A DNA stretch of 45,736 nt from Nitrospinaceae bacterium. Lineage in GTDB: Bacteria > Nitrospinota > Nitrospinia > Nitrospinales > VA-1. The position numbers were made by a program, and so were the translations under genes. Shown here piece by piece: positions 43,485-45,736 of the stretch. Location of the stretch: NCBI GenBank assembly GCA_020343535.1, contig CP070799.1, positions 1,723,975-1,769,710 of the forward strand, in the 5' to 3' direction. The stretch's first letter is position 1; each line of letters starts with the position of its first letter. Below the pieces are notes generated by a model, which ran no database searches, had not been told where the DNA came from, and saw only the letters and a program-made list of their open reading frames with translations.

Positions 43485-45296
43485 ATGGATAAGACAATCC
43501 ATCCTCTTAAAATCACTGAAGTCGTCCTGCGGGATGCGCATCAATCGATCCTGGCCACGCGCATGAAAACCGAGGACATGCTGCCCATCGCCGAAAAACT
43601 AGACAAGGTGGGTTTTTTCTCCCTGGAGATGTGGGGAGGTGCCACGTTCGACACTTGCATCCGCTTCCTGAACGAAGACCCTTGGGAACGGGTGCGCAAG
43701 CTCAAGAAAAAAATACCCAATACCCCCTTCCAGATGTTGCTTCGCGGCCAGAACTGTGTCGGCTATCGTCATTACGCTGACGACATCGTCGAACGTTTTG
43801 TTAAACAGTCCGCCGATGTGGGTATCGACATCTTTCGAATCTTTGACGCCTTAAACGACTTCCGCAACATCGAAACCGCGGTGAACACGGTCAAGAAATG
43901 CGGCAAGATCGCCGAGGGGGCCATCAGCTACACGGTGAGCCCGGTGCACGATGTGGCGCTCTACCTGAAGATGGTCAAGCGGCTGGAGGAAATGGGTTCC
44001 GATATCATCTGCATCAAGGACATGGCGGGGCTTCTTACCCCCACTGTGACGTACGAGCTGATCAGCGAGATCAAAAAAACCAGCAAACTGCCGGTGCACC
44101 TCCATACCCACGCCACCACCGGTCTGGTGGGGATGAACATTCAGTGCGCCATTGAAGCTGGAGTCGATATGGTCGACACCGCCATCTCGAGTCTGTCGAT
44201 GGGCACGTCCCATTACGCCACCGAATGCCTGGTGGCCGCCCTGAAGGGAACACCGCACGATACCGGGCTGGACCTCAACCTGCTCTCCGAGATCGCCGAT
44301 TACTTCAAGGAAGTCCGCAAGCACTACGCACAGTTCGAAAGCGACTTTAAAGGCGTGGATATCAACATTCTCCAATCCCAGATCCCCGGCGGCATGATCT
44401 CCAACATGGAAAACCAGCTCCGAGAGCAGAACGCTCTCGACAAACTGGAGGAAGTCCTGAAGGAGGTTCCCCGCGTCCGCAAGGACATGGGCTACCCGCC
44501 GCTGGTCACGCCGACAAGCCAGATCGTCGGATCGCAGGCGACCTTGAATGTTCTGACGGGGGAGCGTTACAAAATCATCACCAAAGAGACCCGAGAATGC
44601 GTGCTCGGCAAGTACGGCCGGTTACCCGCCGCCATCGACGAGGAACTCCTCGCCAAGGTGGCCCAAAATCAGGAGGTGATCGATTGCCGGCCCGCCGACC
44701 TCCTCGAACCGGAATGGGAAGGGGTGATCGAGGAGCTCAAGGAAAAGGCAAAGGACATCACGTCCGACGAAGACCGCCTGACTTACGCCATCTTCCCCAA
44801 AGTTGCCCTCAATTTTTTTAAAACGCGCCATCAACCGATGGTGGAAGAACCCGCTCCGCCGGAGAAAGCCCCGGCGGCGCCTGCAGCCGCTCCTGCCCCT
44901 GCCGCGGCTGCTCCCGCAATGGCGGGGGGAAGCGCCGTGTATAACGTTCGCGTGAACGGCCGCGATTATTCGGTGGAAGTTTCGATGGACGACTCTTCGT
45001 CGGCACCCGCGCCGGCACCCTCCGCATCCGCGGCGGCCCCCGTGGCACCGGCCCCTGCGTCTGCCGCTCCGGCATCTAGCAGCACACCTCCGGTCACCGC
45101 GCCCTTGCCGGGATCGATTTTTTCCCTGAAGTGCAAGGCGGGAGATCATGTCGAAGCGGGGGACACCGTTATCGTCATGGAATCGATGAAAATGGAGACC
45201 GACATCAAAGCTCCGTCCTCCGGGACGGTTCAATCCATCCTTGTCAAGGAGGGGGACACCGTGCAAACAGGAGACCCTCTGGTCATCATCGGCTAA
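43485..45296 (+). CDS. oadA: oxaloacetate decarboxylase alpha subunit (carboxyltransferase plus biotinyl carrier domain)
   Basis: TEVVLRDAHQS carboxyltransferase start and HLHTHATTG. Ala/Pro-rich linkers flank a YNVRVNGRDYSVEV association-type segment. Biotinylation motif VMESMKMET (Lys codon 45189-45191). An overlapping oadB follows. Confidence 0.85.
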   Translation: MDKTIHPLKITEVVLRDAHQSILATRMKTEDMLPIAEKLDKVGFFSLEMWGGATFDTCIRFLNEDPWERVRKLKKKIPNTPFQMLLRGQNCVGYRHYADDIVERFVKQSADVGIDIFRIFDALNDFRNIETAVNTVKKCGKIAEGAISYTVSPVHDVALYLKMVKRLEEMGSDIICIKDMAGLLTPTVTYELISEIKKTSKLPVHLHTHATTGLVGMNIQCAIEAGVDMVDTAISSLSMGTSHYATECLVAALKGTPHDTGLDLNLLSEIADYFKEVRKHYAQFESDFKGVDINILQSQIPGGMISNMENQLREQNALDKLEEVLKEVPRVRKDMGYPPLVTPTSQIVGSQATLNVLTGERYKIITKETRECVLGKYGRLPAAIDEELLAKVAQNQEVIDCRPADLLEPEWEGVIEELKEKAKDITSDEDRLTYAIFPKVALNFFKTRHQPMVEEPAPPEKAPAAPAAAPAPAAAAPAMAGGSAVYNVRVNGRDYSVEVSMDDSSSAPAPAPSASAAAPVAPAPASAAPASSSTPPVTAPLPGSIFSLKCKAGDHVEAGDTVIVMESMKMETDIKAPSSGTVQSILVKEGDTVQTGDPLVIIG

Positions 45297-45736
45297 TGGA
45301 CTACAATCTCGCCTCCATCGTATCGCAGGTTTTTTCCAGCACCGCGTTTTCCCAGCTCACCCTGGGCCACGTGGTGATGATCATCATCGCCTTCGTCCTG
45401 ATCTATTTGGCCGTCTGGAAAAAATTTGAGCCGTTGCTTCTTCTCCCCATCGGCTTCGCTTGTCTGCTGGCAAATATTCCCATGAGCCTAATGACCAGCA
45501 CCGACGATGGCGGGCTCTTGGCATTCTTTTACCAGGGCGTTAAGCACGAAGTGTTGCCGCCACTCATTTTCATGGGCGTGGGGGCGCTCACCGATTTCGG
45601 CCCCATGCTCGCCAACCCGATGACGCTCTTGCTCGGCGCCGCGGCGCAGATAGGCGTTTACACTACCCTGATCGGAGCTGTGGTCATCGGCTTCGACATG
45701 AAAGAAGCCAGCGCCATCGGCATCATTGGCGGAGCC
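45296..45736 (+). CDS. oadB: oxaloacetate decarboxylase beta subunit (Na+-translocating), 5' part truncated by the window end
   Basis: My own translation from the ATG in TAATG (45294-45298): MDYNLASIVSQVF...LLLPIGFACLLANIP...PPLIFMGVGALTDFGPMLANPMTLLLGAAAQIGVY...ASAIGIIGGA. It stays open to 45736 and is not in the supplied track. The motifs match OadB/GcdB family membrane subunits. Confidence 0.85.
   Translation, partial: MDYNLASIVSQVFSSTAFSQLTLGHVVMIIIAFVLIYLAVWKKFEPLLLLPIGFACLLANIPMSLMTSTDDGGLLAFFYQGVKHEVLPPLIFMGVGALTDFGPMLANPMTLLLGAAAQIGVYTTLIGAVVIGFDMKEASAIGIIGGA

Noticed and set aside
43485-45296. Alternative call of the biotin-carboxyltransferase protein as pyruvate carboxylase subunit B or 2-oxoglutarate carboxylase small subunit.
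   Set aside because: The gene overlaps (TAATG) a clear OadB-type Na+-pump membrane subunit, and no biotin carboxylase gene is adjacent. OadA is therefore the better call, though only phylogeny could exclude the alternatives.

Overview
This is a 45.7-kb, densely coding bacterial chromosomal window that looks moderately GC-rich (roughly 55-60% by eye). It holds about 41 protein-coding genes on both strands, and several are translationally coupled through ATGA or TAATG overlaps. I recognise no rRNA, tRNA, CRISPR array, transposase, integrase or phage genes. Most of the content is housekeeping: RlmI-like rRNA methyltransferase, cell-wall enzymes (MtgA, M23 peptidase, MltA), DnaN, DAHP synthase, GlnD, Orn, PurC/PurB, RNase HI, Pcm, an M28 peptidase, HflK/HflC and TrkA/TrkH. 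Two metabolic markers stand out. One is a five-subunit 2-oxoacid:ferredoxin oxidoreductase operon (order epsilon-alpha-beta-gamma-delta, the Hydrogenobacter/Nitrospira/Nitrospina type tied to the reductive TCA cycle) next to a rubrerythrin-like gene. The other is an OadA-OadB oxaloacetate decarboxylase pair. Together they suggest, as inference only, a Nitrospinota/Nitrospirota/Aquificota-like autotroph. Two giant envelope proteins are present: a 1974-aa alpha-2-macroglobulin with an intact CTEQ thioester motif, apparently in an operon behind an LMW-PTP plus fructosamine-kinase pair, and a 1408-aa AsmA/TamB-like protein. I did not find a convincing new multi-gene system, and there is no defence-island or mobile-element signature. 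The best candidates for undescribed biology are: (1) a 793-bp gene-free GC-rich spacer (36685-37477) with phased 9-mer repeats and stem-loops; (2) an orphan double zinc-ribbon protein (22200-22961); (3) a 289-aa acidic helical protein upstream of hflKC; (4) a translationally coupled trio of secreted STI1/DP-repeat-like protein, Orn and a Cys-rich mini membrane protein; (5) the atypical context and architecture of the alpha-2-macroglobulin. All product calls rest on by-eye motif recognition in the supplied translations. No database search or folding program was run, so family assignments need HMM/BLAST confirmation.
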